Part shown: positions 1 to 9,248 of the stretch, one piece after another
Numbering within the stretch: position 1 is the first letter of the stretch
Layout: every line of letters begins with the position of its first letter
Assembly: GCA_001804205.1 (NCBI GenBank)
Contig: MHFM01000009.1
Span: 61,588 to 97,949, forward strand
Direction of reading: 5' to 3'
DNA from: Omnitrophica bacterium RIFCSPLOWO2_01_FULL_45_10b
GTDB lineage: Bacteria > Omnitrophota > Omnitrophia > Omnitrophales > Danuiimicrobiaceae
Length of the DNA: 36,362 nucleotides
Notes under the pieces: generated by a model
The model's input: the letters and a program-made list of their open reading frames with translations, nothing else
Told to the model about the DNA's origin: nothing
The model's database searches: none
Made by a program: the position numbers and the translations under genes

Positions 1-52
1 TGGGTGGCGGAAAGAATCTTGAGATCCTTCGGCCTGACGGCCTCAGGATGAC
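1..52. repeat. Right end of a GTCAT...ATGAC-type palindromic element, truncated by the window edge
   Basis: Ends in CCTCAGGATGAC (41-52), the same terminal motif as the complete copies at 3384-3494, 4597-4733, 23634-23761, 25163-25224 and 30540-30630. Confidence 0.45.
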
Positions 53-93
53 TTATAAAACCAGTTCATTGTTGGGGTTTCACTTCTATCTAT

Positions 94-1095
94 ATGATTA
101 TTGGATTAACAGGTAAAAACGGTTCGGGAAAAGGCGAAGTCGCGCGATTTTTAAAAGAGCGCGGTTTTGAATATCTTTCGCTTTCTGACGTCCTTCGGGA
201 GGAAGTAAAGCGCAGAGGCAAATCGCTGACGCGCGCCCAACTTATTCTGGCCGGGAATGAGCTTCGCAAAAAGTTCGGCCCTGATATTTTGGCAAAGCGG
301 GTTCTTGAGCATATCGACACTGACAAAAATTATGTCATTGATTCCATCCGTCATCCTTCTGAAGCAAAAGCATTAAAATCGCGCAATGGTTTTGTTTTGT
401 TGAACATTACGGCTTCTCCGCGAATCCGCTTTGAGCGCTTGAAAAAACGCAGGCGGGAAAGCGATCCGAAAACATTCCGCGAATTTGTAAAGCTTGAGCA
501 AACGGAAGCCAAAAGCTCAATCAAAAGTGATCAGCAGTTAAATCAAACGCTCAAACTTGCGGATCATACGGTTTCAAACACTGGAACTCTCGAAGCGTTT
601 CAAAGTAAGATTACAAAAATTGTGATGGCCATCGCGCATAAAAAAAAACGCCCGGATTGGGATGAATATTTTTTAGGGATCGCCAAAGTTGTTGCGCTTC
701 GCTCCAATTGCGTTAAACGAAAAGTGGCCGCGGTCATTGTTAAAGACAAACGCATTATTGCGACCGGCTATAACGGAACACCGCGCGGAGTAAAAAATTG
801 CAGCGAAGGGGGATGCCCCAGGTGCAATCAATTGACAAGTTCGGGAACAAAGTTAGATGAATGCCTTTGCTCGCATGGTGAAGAGAATGCGATTACACAA
901 TCCGCTTATCACGGCGTGAACATCAAGGACGCCACGATTTATACAACTTATTCACCTTGTTTGCTGTGCACCAAGATGATTATTAATAGCGGGCTTCACG
1001 AAGTCATTTTTAATATGGATTATCCTCTCGGAGAAACGTCGATGCGGCTTTTAAAAGAAGCCGGCGTTAAGGCCCGAAAAGTCAAATTGGATTAA
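94..1095 (+). CDS. Fusion protein: N-terminal P-loop nucleoside/nucleotide-kinase-like domain + C-terminal dCMP (deoxycytidylate) deaminase, ComEB type
   Basis: The N-terminus has a Walker A motif (GLTGKNGSGKGEV) in a small kinase-like fold of ~170 aa. The C-terminus has the cytidine/deoxycytidylate deaminase zinc motifs HGEENAI and PCLLCTKMI. Confidence 0.8.
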   Translation: MIIGLTGKNGSGKGEVARFLKERGFEYLSLSDVLREEVKRRGKSLTRAQLILAGNELRKKFGPDILAKRVLEHIDTDKNYVIDSIRHPSEAKALKSRNGFVLLNITASPRIRFERLKKRRRESDPKTFREFVKLEQTEAKSSIKSDQQLNQTLKLADHTVSNTGTLEAFQSKITKIVMAIAHKKKRPDWDEYFLGIAKVVALRSNCVKRKVAAVIVKDKRIIATGYNGTPRGVKNCSEGGCPRCNQLTSSGTKLDECLCSHGEENAITQSAYHGVNIKDATIYTTYSPCLLCTKMIINSGLHEVIFNMDYPLGETSMRLLKEAGVKARKVKLD

Positions 1096-1100
1096 CGGTA

Positions 1101-2090
1101 ATGCCTCAAAAAACACCGCTGTTACTTGAAGAAATTTACAAACCAATTCAAAATGTTCTTCCGCGCGTGGAAGAACGTATTCTCGAACTCCTCGCCACAC
1201 CCAATGAACTTTCAGGCGATGTCATTCGCCATTTTTTTCAATCCAAAGGAAAACTTTTAAGGCCAGCACTTGTCCTCTTTGGAGCCAGTTTTGGAAATTC
1301 AATTCCGGAACAAGTAATTCTTACAGCAGCAGCGCTTGAAATTTTTCATTCCGCTACGCTGATTCATGATGACATTATTGATTCCGCTTATTTGCGCCGG
1401 AATCTTCCCACCGTAAACGCCAAATGGAATTCGCAAGTTGCCGTCCTCGTCGGCGATTATCTTCATGACAAAGCGATTGAGGCTATTTTTGATACGAAAA
1501 ACGATCGGCTGATTGCAACTTTTTTAAAAACAGCAGGCATTGTTTGCGATGGCGAAATTCTTGAGCTGAAAGAGAAGAACAATTTTAATTTGAAGGAAGA
1601 AACTTATTTTACGATCATTGAACGCAAAACTGCCGCTTTACTTAGCACCTGCCTTGAATCGGGCGCCATTTTATCCGGCTTGGATGTGGAGCGTATCCTT
1701 GGCCTTAAGAAATTTGGCCTTTATTTTGGGATGGCCTTTCAAGTGATGGACGATTGCCTTGACTTCATGGGTCAGGAAAATGAATTTGGAAAAACACTGG
1801 GCGCCGATCTTCAGGCCGGAGTGCTGACGTTGCCTTTGATTCGATTGATTGCGCTTTTGGACGAAGGGGGTAAAGCCGAAATTTTTTCCAAGGTAAAATC
1901 AGGCCTTAATCGTTCCGAATTGGGAGATTTGATCCGGCTGCTTCAAGAATATGACGCGCTTGATTACTCCATCACGAAAGCGCGTGAATTTACAGAGCGC
2001 GCTTTGCTGGAACTTACCGTTTTCCCGGACTCACCCATACGCCGTAGCCTTGAAGCGCTTCTTGATTATGTCGTTGAACGAAATCGTTAG
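1101..2090 (+). CDS. Polyprenyl diphosphate synthase (trans-isoprenyl, long-chain IspB-like)
   Basis: Both aspartate-rich motifs are present: LIHDDIIDS (first DDxxD) and QVMDDCLDF (second DDxxD). Length is 329 aa. Confidence 0.85.
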   Translation: MPQKTPLLLEEIYKPIQNVLPRVEERILELLATPNELSGDVIRHFFQSKGKLLRPALVLFGASFGNSIPEQVILTAAALEIFHSATLIHDDIIDSAYLRRNLPTVNAKWNSQVAVLVGDYLHDKAIEAIFDTKNDRLIATFLKTAGIVCDGEILELKEKNNFNLKEETYFTIIERKTAALLSTCLESGAILSGLDVERILGLKKFGLYFGMAFQVMDDCLDFMGQENEFGKTLGADLQAGVLTLPLIRLIALLDEGGKAEIFSKVKSGLNRSELGDLIRLLQEYDALDYSITKAREFTERALLELTVFPDSPIRRSLEALLDYVVERNR

Positions 2091-2105
2091 CCAGCCGCTT
2101 TCCAA

Positions 2106-2792
2106 GTGCAACCTTCTTCCGGTATTCTTTATTTGGTAGCAACGCCCATCGGGAATTTAGAGGATATTACACTGCGCGCCGTCCGCCTTCTACGCGAAGT
2201 TGATTTTGTGATCTGCGAAGATTCCAGGCACAGCGGAATACTGCTCAAGCATTTGGAAATTAAAAAACCCCTGCGCGTGTTTCACGATCATACGCAAAAA
2301 GTAAAATTGGATTCACTCATCCAAGAACTGCAGAACGGTTCTCAGGCGGCCTATGTGACAGACGCAGGGACACCGCTTGTTTCTGATCCGGGTTTTGCTT
2401 TGGTTCAAGCGGCTTTGAACGCCGGCGTTCGGATTGAATCCATTCCAGGCCCAACGGCTTTTGTTGCCGCTTTAATCGTGAGCGGGCTTCCTACCCATGT
2501 GTTTACGTTTGTGGGTTATCTTCCTCAAAAGGAAAAGGCAAAGCGCGATGCGCTGCAAAATCTTGAAGGGGAGCAGAGAACATTGATTTTTTACGAGTCT
2601 CCTTACCGAGTTTTAAAAACATTGAAGGCAATGTTGGATATTTTTGGCGATCGCCGCGCTTCGGTTTCACGGGAACTCACTAAGAAATTCGAAGAAACGG
2701 TGCGAGGAAGGCTTTCTGAAATTTTGGCTTATTTTGAAAAAAAGAAAATTTTGGGTGAGTGGGCCATTGTGGTATCGGGCAAGGAAGATTAA
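2106..2792 (+). CDS. rsmI: 16S rRNA (cytidine1402-2'-O)-methyltransferase
   Basis: Tetrapyrrole-methylase-fold N-terminus LYLVATPIGNLEDITLRA and a conserved DAGTPLVSDPG segment. GTG start, 228 aa. Confidence 0.85.
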   Translation: MQPSSGILYLVATPIGNLEDITLRAVRLLREVDFVICEDSRHSGILLKHLEIKKPLRVFHDHTQKVKLDSLIQELQNGSQAAYVTDAGTPLVSDPGFALVQAALNAGVRIESIPGPTAFVAALIVSGLPTHVFTFVGYLPQKEKAKRDALQNLEGEQRTLIFYESPYRVLKTLKAMLDIFGDRRASVSRELTKKFEETVRGRLSEILAYFEKKKILGEWAIVVSGKED

Positions 2793-2795
2793 CCA

Positions 2796-3527
2796 ATGAA
2801 GCGTATTGCGATTTTTGTTTCCGGTTCCGGAACGAATATGGAAAATATCGCGCGGCATGTAAAATCGGGGGTGCTCACTTGTGATATCGCGCTTATCGTA
2901 TCCGACAATCCAAATGCTTCGGCGCTTAAGCGCGCCGCGAATCTTGGCCTAGAAACCTTCGTCATCGAACGTAAGGATTTTAAGTCCAAAGTGGATTTTG
3001 ATGTTAAAATAATGGAGAAGCTTAAGGAAAAGAAGATAGAAGCCGTCATTTTGGCGGGTTACATGCGGATTTTGAGCCCCGAATTTGTTCGCACTTGGCA
3101 GTGGTGTGTTTTGAATATTCATCCAAGCCTTCTTCCAAAGTATCCTGGAGCCCATGCCATTCGGGATGTCTGGGAGGCAAAAGAGAAAGAAACCGGGGTT
3201 ACCGTTCATTTTGTTACCGAGGATGTAGATTGCGGCCCTATTATTTTACAGCGCAAGGTTGCGATCAAACCAGACGATACGTTGGAGACGCTTGAAGCAC
3301 GTGTGCATGCAGCGGAGTATGAACTTTATCCGAAAGCCTTGGAGCTTTTTCTTGCCGGCAAATTGAAGGTAACTGGCAAAACCGTCATTGCGAGCCCCGT
3401 CCGCCCAGCGGAACGGCGGATCCGCCGGTCTGTTAGGCGGAAAGGGGCGAAGCAATCTCCGAGATCGCTTCGTCGCTTTACTCCTCGCGATGACGGCGGA
3501 TCAGCTTCCGGAGGCGTTCAACAATGA
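2796..3527 (+). CDS. purN: Phosphoribosylglycinamide formyltransferase with a ~45-aa repeat-encoded C-terminal tail
   Basis: [12 protein letters not shown]-terminus and NIHPSLLP formyltransferase core. The conserved core ends near ...LKVTGKTV. The rest ([11 protein letters not shown]...[14 protein letters not shown]) is a translation of the palindromic element at 3384-3494. The stop overlaps the next start (ATGA, 3524-3527). Confidence 0.85.
   Translation: MKRIAIFVSGSGTNMENIARHVKSGVLTCDIALIVSDNPNASALKRAANLGLETFVIERKDFKSKVDFDVKIMEKLKEKKIEAVILAGYMRILSPEFVRTWQWCVLNIHPSLLPKYPGAHAIRDVWEAKEKETGVTVHFVTEDVDCGPIILQRKVAIKPDDTLETLEARVHAAEYELYPKALELFLAGKLKVTGKTVIASPVRPAERRIRRSVRRKGAKQSPRSLRRFTPRDDGGSASGGVQQ
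3384..3494. repeat. GTCAT...ATGAC palindromic element (111 bp) lying inside the purN reading frame
   Basis: The termini GTCATTGCGAG (3384-) and CTCGCGATGAC (-3494) are inverted repeats. Internal GAAGCAATC / GATCGCTTCG motifs are shared with the copy at 4597-4733. Confidence 0.75.
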
Positions 3528-3838
3528 AATGCCCTTTTTGCGCGGAAGAAATACAGGACCAAGCAATTAAATGCAGATATTGTGGTGAATTTTTAAATCG
3601 ATCACCGAAGGTGAAATGGTATTTTAAAACTTCGTTTTTGGTTATCGCATTTTTATGTGTGGGGCCGTTGATTTTGCCGCTCGTTTGGTTTCATCCGAAT
3701 TATTCGAAAAAAGTTAAGGTGATCGTAACGATTTTGATGTTGGTTTTGACTTATTTTTTGATGAAAGCCGTCGCGTTTGGCGTTAAATCCATCAATGTGT
3801 ATTACCAACAGTTAAATCAATTATTACAAGGTTCTTAA
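3524..3838 (+). CDS. Zinc-ribbon membrane protein (function unknown)
   Basis: N-terminal CPFC...CRYC zinc ribbon followed by two hydrophobic helices. Start is coupled to purN by an ATGA overlap. Confidence 0.55.
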   Translation: MKCPFCAEEIQDQAIKCRYCGEFLNRSPKVKWYFKTSFLVIAFLCVGPLILPLVWFHPNYSKKVKVIVTILMLVLTYFLMKAVAFGVKSINVYYQQLNQLLQGS

Positions 3839-4582
3839 ATGGCACTCAGAGAAGAATTTGAACGAACAGGAAATTGGCTGTTCCGGTGGCGAAGTTATTT
3901 ACCGCTGGTCTTAATGGCGTTGTTTCTTCTGGCGTTGAAGCGCTTTGGTTATCCTCAGCATAGCCATCAGTTAGATCAAATATGGGAAATTTTTTGTTTC
4001 TTGATTTCCTTCCTAGGCCTTGGCATTCGTATGTATGCGGTGGGTTGCGCACCGCGGGGGACTTCAGGCCGCAATGTTAAAGAACAGAGGGCAGCCTTTT
4101 TGAATACAACCGGCGTTTATTCTCTCATACGCCATCCGCTTTATTTTGGGAATTTTTTGATTTGGGTTGGGATTGTCCTCTCGCTTCGGTCCTGGTGGTT
4201 TACGGCCATGACCATTTTGGCGTTTTGGCTTTATTACGAAAAAATCATGTTTGCCGAGGAAGAATTTTTGCGCAGGGAATATGATGATCAATTTCTGAAA
4301 TGGGCCAGCAAAACACCCGCTTTTTTCCCGGTGAAATTGAACCTGTGGCAGAAGCCCGAGCTGTCTTTTAAACTAAAAAATGCTTTGCGGCGCGAATATT
4401 CCGGATTTTTTGCCATCATTTCGGTGTATGCGGTTTTGGATATTTTTGAGGAATTGATCACGACCGGCGAGTTAAGCATTGATATCATGTGGAGCATTCT
4501 ATTTGTGTGCGGGCTCGCAATCTATTTAGTTCTCATGTTTTTGAAGAAAAAAACAGATTTCTTGAATGTTCAAGGAAGATAG
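3839..4582 (+). CDS. Isoprenylcysteine carboxyl methyltransferase / phospholipid methyltransferase-family membrane protein
   Basis: Polytopic membrane protein with the RHPLYFGNFLIWVG motif typical of the ICMT/PEMT family. Confidence 0.6.
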   Translation: MALREEFERTGNWLFRWRSYLPLVLMALFLLALKRFGYPQHSHQLDQIWEIFCFLISFLGLGIRMYAVGCAPRGTSGRNVKEQRAAFLNTTGVYSLIRHPLYFGNFLIWVGIVLSLRSWWFTAMTILAFWLYYEKIMFAEEEFLRREYDDQFLKWASKTPAFFPVKLNLWQKPELSFKLKNALRREYSGFFAIISVYAVLDIFEELITTGELSIDIMWSILFVCGLAIYLVLMFLKKKTDFLNVQGR

Positions 4583-4596
4583 CGCTATGAGGAACA

Positions 4597-4733
4597 GTCA
4601 TTGCGAGCGACTGAAGGGAGCGAAGCAATCCCATTTATTTATTTTTTTCCATAGGATCGGGATAGCCCCTGTGGGGCAATCTCGGGGATCGCTTCGTCCC
4701 CGCCACAAAACGTTGGCGGGTCCTCGTGATGAC
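4597..4733. repeat. GTCAT...ATGAC palindromic element (137 bp), intergenic
   Basis: GTCATTGCGAGCG at 4597 and CTCGTGATGAC ending at 4733. It contains the GAAGCAATC and GATCGCTTCGTC motifs and the CCCCGCCACAAAACGTTGGCGGG hairpin. The track ORF 4566-4772 is a translation of it. Confidence 0.75.
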
Positions 4734-4752
4734 GGAAGGCAGGAGGGAGTAA

Positions 4753-6132
<1,380 letters not shown>

Positions 6133-6140
6133 CTTAAACG

Positions 6141-6452
6141 ATGCGCCGGTCCCGCCTTTTTTGGTTGCTTGCCGTGGTTGTGATTGCCACCTTAATTTAT
6201 CTGCCGAGCTTTTCTAAATACTTGAAGCTCAAACAAAAGGAGAGCGATCTCGAGCGCGAAATTAACCGTCTTCAGTCTGAAATTTCCGAGATCCGGAAGG
6301 AAGAACTTCTTTTAAAAACTGACTTGACCACACTTGAAACTACCGCACGCGAAGTATTAGGCCTCGTGAAACCGGGGGAAGTGGTTTATAAAGTTGTCGA
6401 AGAGGAAATTCCAGAAGAAGAAATCCTTCCAGTCAAAGCAACCTCCCGCTAG
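6141..6452 (+). CDS. Septum formation initiator (FtsB/DivIC family)
   Basis: Single N-terminal TM, a coiled-coil, and the ...AREVLGLVKPGEVVY motif typical of FtsB/DivIC. Sits immediately downstream of eno. Confidence 0.65.
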   Translation: MRRSRLFWLLAVVVIATLIYLPSFSKYLKLKQKESDLEREINRLQSEISEIRKEELLLKTDLTTLETTAREVLGLVKPGEVVYKVVEEEIPEEEILPVKATSR

Positions 6453-6466
6453 AGGACTTTGATTCC

Positions 6467-6494
6467 TTGCATTTCCGAGAAACATGACTATAAT
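6467..6494 (+). promoter_or_regulatory. Strong sigma70-type promoter (TTGCAT-N16-TATAAT)
   Basis: TTGCAT at 6467-6472, a 16-nt spacer, and TATAAT at 6489-6494. It lies 57 nt upstream of the displaced tRNA 5' fragment. Confidence 0.6.
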
Positions 6495-6550
6495 AAATCC
6501 CTGCTTTGATTCCAGGGGTTTTCCTATGGATTTGCTTTTTTAAGATTGAT

Positions 6551-6637
6551 CGCGGGGTGGAGCCCCGTAAAAGCGCTTCGCGCTCACGGGGCCGCGTGAT
6601 GAGCGACGAAGGAGCGAATTTTACGCGGCAGCCTGGT
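6551..6637 (+). pseudogene. Displaced 5' fragment of the initiator-type tRNA-Met (nt 1-21), itself interrupted by a 66-nt hairpin insert
   Basis: CGCGGGGTGGAGC (6551-6563) and AGCCTGGT (6630-6637) together equal nt 1-21 of the intact tRNA at 6906. The intervening 66 nt form GCCCCGT...ACGGGGC and CCGCGT...ACGCGG stems. Confidence 0.7.
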
Positions 6638-6641
6638 GAAA

Positions 6642-6944
6642 ATGAATGAACATTATGTTTATGTTTTATGTAGTCAGAAGGACAATGAATGGTATATTGG
6701 CCAGACGGATCGGCACCCAGAAGAAAGGCTTCGAGAACATAATGCTGGTCAAATGGTCTCAACCAAATTACGACGTCCTTTGGAATTGATTTACTATGAA
6801 ATGTATCGACATAAGCAAGATGCTTTGGGCCGCGAAAAATTTCTGAAGAGCGGCGCAGGGCATAATTTTGTTCGAAAGCAACTTAGAAATTTTTTGAATC
6901 ATCATCGCGGGGTGGAGCAGCCTGGTAGCTCGCAAGGCTCATAA
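6642..6944 (+). CDS. Small GIY-YIG (URI-domain) nuclease-family protein
   Basis: YVYVLCS...WYIGQT...R..EHN...E motif pattern of stand-alone GIY-YIG proteins. Start is ATG 6642 (or GTG 6636). There is no stop before the tRNA, so the last 13 codons and the stop lie inside tRNA 6906-6982. Confidence 0.8.
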   Translation: MNEHYVYVLCSQKDNEWYIGQTDRHPEERLREHNAGQMVSTKLRRPLELIYYEMYRHKQDALGREKFLKSGAGHNFVRKQLRNFLNHHRGVEQPGSSQGS

Positions 6945-6982
6945 CCTTGAGGTCAGGGGTTCAAATCCCCTCCCCGCTACCA
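6906..6982 (+). tRNA. tRNA-Met (anticodon CAU), initiator-like
   Basis: Hand-folded cloverleaf: acceptor CGCGGGG/CCCCGCT, D arm GAGC/GCTC, anticodon arm CAAGG-CTCATAA-CCTTG, T arm AGGGG-TTCAAAT-CCCCT, CCA encoded. The 5' end is identical to E. coli tRNA-fMet (CGCGGGGTGGAGCAGCCTGGTAGCTCG) and positions 1:72 are unpaired (C:U). There are only two consecutive G:C pairs at the bottom of the anticodon stem. Confidence 0.9.
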
Positions 6983-7111
6983 TTTCTTTCATTTATTTGC
7001 CAGGCCTGAAAGGCCTGGCACTTTCAGAGGTAGAAATGATTGCGGGAAGTGGTCATCCCGTAGAGGAACGTCAAGTTCCTCACGGGAAGTCCTGCCGCAA
7101 AAGCGGCAGGG

Positions 7112-7132
7112 CAAATCCCCTCCCCGCTACCA
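7112..7132 (+). repeat. Exact 21-nt duplicate of the tRNA-Met 3' end (displaced 3' fragment, att-like)
   Basis: CAAATCCCCTCCCCGCTACCA at 7112-7132 is identical to 6962-6982. The 129 nt between them contain the stems GCCAGGCCT/AGGCCTGGC, CCCGT.GAGGAAC/GTTCCTCACGGG and CCTGCCGC/GCGGCAGG. Confidence 0.85.
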
Positions 7133-7146
7133 TACATACTGGAGAT

Positions 7147-7194
7147 GAAGGCTTTGGAAGGGAATACCAACCGACCAAAGCCTTCTTCTCTTTT
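7147..7194 (+). terminator. Rho-independent terminator candidate
   Basis: An 11-bp stem, GAAGGCTTTGG (7147-7157) / CCAAAGCCTTC (7175-7185), followed by TTCTCTTTT. Confidence 0.55.
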
Positions 7195-7251
7195 GGAACT
7201 ACCTGGATTGCGCCGCTTCCTGTTGGCTTACTTCGAAACGTTGAAAAACGC

Positions 7252-8163
7252 ATGAAAAAGACCGTTTATCTCATTGAATACGCTGTCATTCGTTCCGTTT
7301 CTTTTTTTCTTAATCTCTTACCTCTTTCCTTAGCCCTTTACCTTGCAAGGCCCATTGGTTTTTTGTTGTTTCTTTTGCTGGGCCGGTCCCGCCGGATGGC
7401 GCTTGATAATATTCGTCAGGCGTACTCATCAGAAAAGTCTGAATCTGAAATTCGCGAAATTGCTCGAGGTGCTTTCATACATCTAACTGAATTTGGAGTT
7501 GAATGGTTGTCCATGCCTCGAATGATCCGGCACCCAGAGCATTATTTGGTTACCGTTCACCGCGGGGATCAAGTTCAAGCGGCCCTTCAAAAAGGGAAAG
7601 GCGCCATTGTGCTTGTATGTCATACCGGAAATTGGGAAATCATGGCTTTGATGGGAGGTTTGCTGGTGGCAAGACCTGTGGGCGCTTCTGTTTACGCTCT
7701 CGCAAGGCCGCTCAAAAATCCTTATCTTTATGAGTATGCGCTCCGTCTTCGTGGGGGAATGGGGTTAAAAAGCATTGAGAAAGGGGGCGGAGTTCGAGAA
7801 ACATTAAATTGCCTCAAAGAGAATGGAATCGTTTGTATTTTGATGGATCAACGCGTGAGCGAAGGGAGCATTGAAACCAATTTTTTCGGCCGACCGGCGC
7901 TCACGACAAGCCTTCCGATTATTGCTGCTTTGCGGCTCGGAACACCTGTTTTTTTTAATTTCCTTCATAGGACGAATGATTGTCATTACACCATGAGTGT
8001 CGAAGGGCCGTTATCGATTGAGTCTACCGGCAATGTTCGAACAGATATCCAGGTGAATACCCAACGATTTGTCGATCGCATCGAAACCGAAATTCGTAAG
8101 AAACCGATCCATTGGCTTTGGATGCACAACCGCTGGCGTCCTCAACACGGATCGAAGGATTAA
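7252..8163 (+). CDS. Lipid A biosynthesis lauroyl/myristoyl acyltransferase-family protein (LpxL/HtrB-like)
   Basis: N-terminal TM plus the HTGNWE catalytic motif and the MDQR... segment of the LpxL family. The track ORF starts at 6997, but its first 255 nt cover the tRNA fragment, hairpins and terminator. The first credible start is ATG 7252 (MKKTVYLIEY). Confidence 0.8.
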   Translation: MKKTVYLIEYAVIRSVSFFLNLLPLSLALYLARPIGFLLFLLLGRSRRMALDNIRQAYSSEKSESEIREIARGAFIHLTEFGVEWLSMPRMIRHPEHYLVTVHRGDQVQAALQKGKGAIVLVCHTGNWEIMALMGGLLVARPVGASVYALARPLKNPYLYEYALRLRGGMGLKSIEKGGGVRETLNCLKENGIVCILMDQRVSEGSIETNFFGRPALTTSLPIIAALRLGTPVFFNFLHRTNDCHYTMSVEGPLSIESTGNVRTDIQVNTQRFVDRIETEIRKKPIHWLWMHNRWRPQHGSKD

Positions 8164-8252
8164 CCGATTCGGCTTTTGAATAAAAGTTTCGTGCGCTTGG
8201 CTAAAAATGGTAGTATACCTTTCATCTTCAAACGCTTTCGAACCTACTTTCT

Positions 8253-9248
8253 ATGCCGCAAAAACAAATTAAAGCCTTAGTGACGGGCGGAGCGGGATTT
8301 ATTGGCTCGCATTTGTGCGAGGCGCTTCTGGACTTAGGTTTTTCCGTAACGGCCGTCGACAATTTTGCCACGGCATCCAAATCAAATATTCGCCACCTTT
8401 TAAAAACCCACCGCAGTTTTAAATTTTATAAAGGTTCTGTAATGAACCCCGCTTTAATGGAGCGATTGATTCGCAGTTGCGACATTGTTTATCATTTGGC
8501 TGCCGCCGTCGGCATTATCTATATCCTCGATCACCCAATCGATTCGATTTTAACGAACGTTAAAGGCACCGAAATAGTGCTAAAGCTGGCCAGCAAATAC
8601 GATAAGAAAGTGTTGATTACTTCAAGTTCTGAAGTCTATGGGAAGCAACCTCCTTCGCCTATTCGGGAGGAAGATGATCGAATTTTAGGTTCCACAAGCA
8701 CCAGCCGCTGGAGTTATTCGGATTCGAAAGCGACGGATGAATTCCTTGCCTTAGCATATGCCACTGAAAAAAAATTGCCTGTGGTGATTGTAAGATTGTT
8801 TAACGTGGTGGGGCCCCGGCAAGTCGGAAATTACGGCATGGTGCTTCCTCGATTTATTGAAGAAGCGCTTTCGAATAAGCCAATTACAGTTTTTGGTGAT
8901 GGATCGCAAATTCGTTCTTTTTGTTATGTGACAGATGCGGTACGTGCGATTGTTGATTTAAGTTTGAGCGAAAAAGCTTGTGGAAAAACATTCAATATCG
9001 GTAGCGACGAATCGCTTTCGATTAAACAATTGGCTTATAAGATTAAGCAGAAAACTCGTTCGCGCTCTAAAATTGTTTACATTTCCTACGAAAAATTTTA
9101 TGGTGAGCATTTTGAAGATGTAACCTTTCGAGCGCCCGATCTTTCCCGTATCCGGGCCACGATCCGATACCAGTCGCGCTATGGGATTGATCAAATCATC
9201 GATGAAACAGTTGCCTATTTTCAGCGCCGAACGGAAAAGCGGAAATGA
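8253..9248 (+). CDS. Extended-SDR NAD-dependent sugar-nucleotide epimerase/dehydratase (ArnA C-terminal / UDP-glucuronate decarboxylase-like)
   Basis: GGAGFIGSHL Rossmann motif, SSSEVYG, and catalytic YSDSK (YxxxK). Confidence 0.8.
   Translation: MPQKQIKALVTGGAGFIGSHLCEALLDLGFSVTAVDNFATASKSNIRHLLKTHRSFKFYKGSVMNPALMERLIRSCDIVYHLAAAVGIIYILDHPIDSILTNVKGTEIVLKLASKYDKKVLITSSSEVYGKQPPSPIREEDDRILGSTSTSRWSYSDSKATDEFLALAYATEKKLPVVIVRLFNVVGPRQVGNYGMVLPRFIEEALSNKPITVFGDGSQIRSFCYVTDAVRAIVDLSLSEKACGKTFNIGSDESLSIKQLAYKIKQKTRSRSKIVYISYEKFYGEHFEDVTFRAPDLSRIRATIRYQSRYGIDQIIDETVAYFQRRTEKRK

Noticed and set aside
7042-7132. Possible tRNA-Sec-like gene: hairpin GAGGAA-CGTCAAG-TTCCTC with UCA in the loop, a second long hairpin as a variable arm, and the tRNA-like 3' end CAAATCCCCTCCCCGCTACCA.
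   Set aside because: The loop has G where U33 should be. There is no D arm. The acceptor pairing needs a mismatch and leaves the wrong discriminator/CCA register. The 3' end is simply the 21-nt duplicate of tRNA-Met. This is better explained as palindromic repeats plus a displaced tRNA fragment.
6997-7251. N-terminal 85 codons of the 388-aa track ORF (the acyltransferase).
   Set aside because: This stretch is a translation of hairpins, the duplicated tRNA 3' end and a terminator. The conserved acyltransferase begins with the TM helix after ATG 7252.
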